A program made the translations under genes and the position numbers. Under the pieces are notes generated by a model, which did not search any database, was not told the origin of the DNA, and saw nothing but the letters and a program-made list of their open reading frames with translations. From an uncultured delta proteobacterium (GTDB lineage: Bacteria; Myxococcota_A; Polyangia; Fen-1088): a DNA stretch of 64,000 nucleotides. The DNA is taken from assembly GCA_963767925.1 (NCBI GenBank), contig CAVYGB010000008.1:736001-800000 (forward strand), read 5' to 3'. Positions 62,395-64,000 of this stretch are shown here, in pieces (positions within the stretch are counted from its first letter, which is position 1; each line of letters opens with the position of its first letter).

Positions 62395-64000
62395 ATGCGG
62401 GTTCCGAAAGCACAAGGACTTTACGACCCCCGACACGAGCACGATGCCTGTGGCGTGGGCTTCCTGTGCGACGTCCAGGGGCGCAAGTCGGCGGCGTTGG
62501 TGCAGGGGGCTCTCGAGGTGCTCCGGAATCTCGGCCACCGCGGCGCGTGCGGCTGCGAGGACAACACCGGCGACGGGGCCGGCATTCTTCTGCAGACGCC
62601 CGACGCCTTCCTGAGGAAGGTGAGCGCCCGCCCTCGGCTTCGAGCTGCCCGGCTCCCGGTGGCTACGCGGTCGGCGTGGTGTTCTTGCCCACCGCGGCCG
62701 ACGCGGCCGCGACCTGCCAGGCCCTCGTGGAGAAGGCCGTGCGGGAGGCCGGGCAAGACGTGCTGGGCTGGCGAACCGTACCGACCGACAACAGCGGCCT
62801 GGGGGCCAGCGCGGTCCGCTCGCAGCCGCTCATGCGGCAGGTGTTCGTGGGCCGCGCGGCGGGGGTCGCCGACGAGGCCACCTTCGAGCGCCGGCTGTAC
62901 GTCGCCCGGCGGATGGCCGAGCGGTTCGTGGCGAGCTCGGAGCTGTCACCCGACGACCAGGAGACGTTCTACATCTGCAGCCTCTCCTGGAAGACCCTCG
63001 TCTACAAGGGGATGCTCACCTCGCCCCAGCTCGAGACCTTCTTCCCGGATCTGCGTGACCCCTCGGTCGAATCGGCGCTGGCCGTCGTGCACTCGCGCTT
63101 CTCGACCAACACCTTCCCGAGCTGGGCCCGGGCCCATCCTTACCGGACCATCGCCCACAACGGCGAGATCAACACCCTGCGCGGCAACGTCAACTGGATG
63201 AGCGCCCGCGAGAGCCAGCTCTCGTCGCCGGTGTTCGGCGCGGACATAGACCGCATCCGGCCGGTCATCGACCAGTCGGGCAGCGACTCGGCCATGCTCG
63301 ACAACGTGCTCGAGCTGCTGGTGATGGGCGGGCGGGAGCTGCCCCACGCCGTCATGATGATGGTGCCCGAGCCCTGGCACAAACACGAGTCGATGAGCGC
63401 CGAGAAGAAGGCGTTCTACGAGTACCACTCCTGTCTGATGGAGCCCTGGGACGGCCCGGCCGCGATCTGTTTCACCGACGGCGTCAGATCGGCACCGTGC
63501 TCGACCGCAACGGGCTGCGCCCCCTGCGCTACTACGTCACCAAGGACGACCTGGTGGTCATGGCCTCCGAGGCGGGCGTGCTTGCCCGAGATCCCCGCCG
63601 ACAAGCGTGGCGATGAAAGGGCCGCATCCAGCCCGGGCGGATGTTCCTGGTCGACACCGCCAGCAAGCGCATCGTCTCCGACGAGGAGATCAAGGCCCGC
63701 TACGCCCGCCAGCACCCCTACGCCGACTGGGTGAGCGACAACCTGGTCCGCCTGGCAGACCTGCCCGCGGGGGCCGCCGCCATCGAGCCGGACCACGAGA
63801 CCCTGGAGATCCGGCAGGAGGCCTTCGGCTACACCTCCGAGGATCTGCACAAGCTGGTGCAGGCCATGGCCGAGACGGCGGCCGAGCCCATCGGCTCGAT
63901 GGGGACCGACACGCCGCTGGCGGTGCTGTCGAACCGAGCCCAGCCGCTCTTCAACTACTTCAAGCAGCTGTTCGCCCAGGTGACCAATCCGCCGGTCGAC
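62395..64000 (+). CDS. gltB: Glutamate synthase large subunit, 5' part (several frameshifts; continues beyond the window)
   Basis: [20 protein letters not shown]...[61 protein letters not shown]. Confidence 0.95.

Overview
High-GC chromosomal window from a myxobacterium-like organism (Myxococcota inferred from a TIGR02266-type PilZ protein, FHA-sigma54 activator, myxosortase-like protease, Ser/Thr pseudokinases and an Oar-like TonB-dependent receptor). It is mostly core genome: RNase R, a partial NADH dehydrogenase cluster (nuoEFJKLMN), a Dus enzyme, PilT, peptidases, aromatic amino-acid genes and gltB. Many conserved genes carry clustered small indels, most likely long-read consensus errors rather than true pseudogenes. 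The main candidate for a new system is a self-contained flagellar-type regulatory cascade with no flagellar genes in the window: FleQ/FgrM-like activator -> sigma54 promoter -> FliA/WhiG-family sigma28 -> sigma28 promoter -> FlgM-like anti-sigma. A near-copy of the sigma28 promoter lies in front of a nearby ATP-grasp operon (double Ddl-like ligase, DmpA peptidase, degenerate GshB-like protein, followed by a GAF-GGDEF cyclase). Other oddities: NuoL fused to a C-terminal PKD-like domain; a chorismate mutase fused to apparently dead prephenate dehydratase and DAHP synthase domains; a GlnR-like regulator divergent from gltB; a CCA-enzyme body lacking its catalytic head; a 164-bp palindromic MITE-like element; and a mini TonB-anchor protein. 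No rRNA, tRNA, CRISPR array or transposase was recognised. All family calls are from motif recognition by eye, not database searches.
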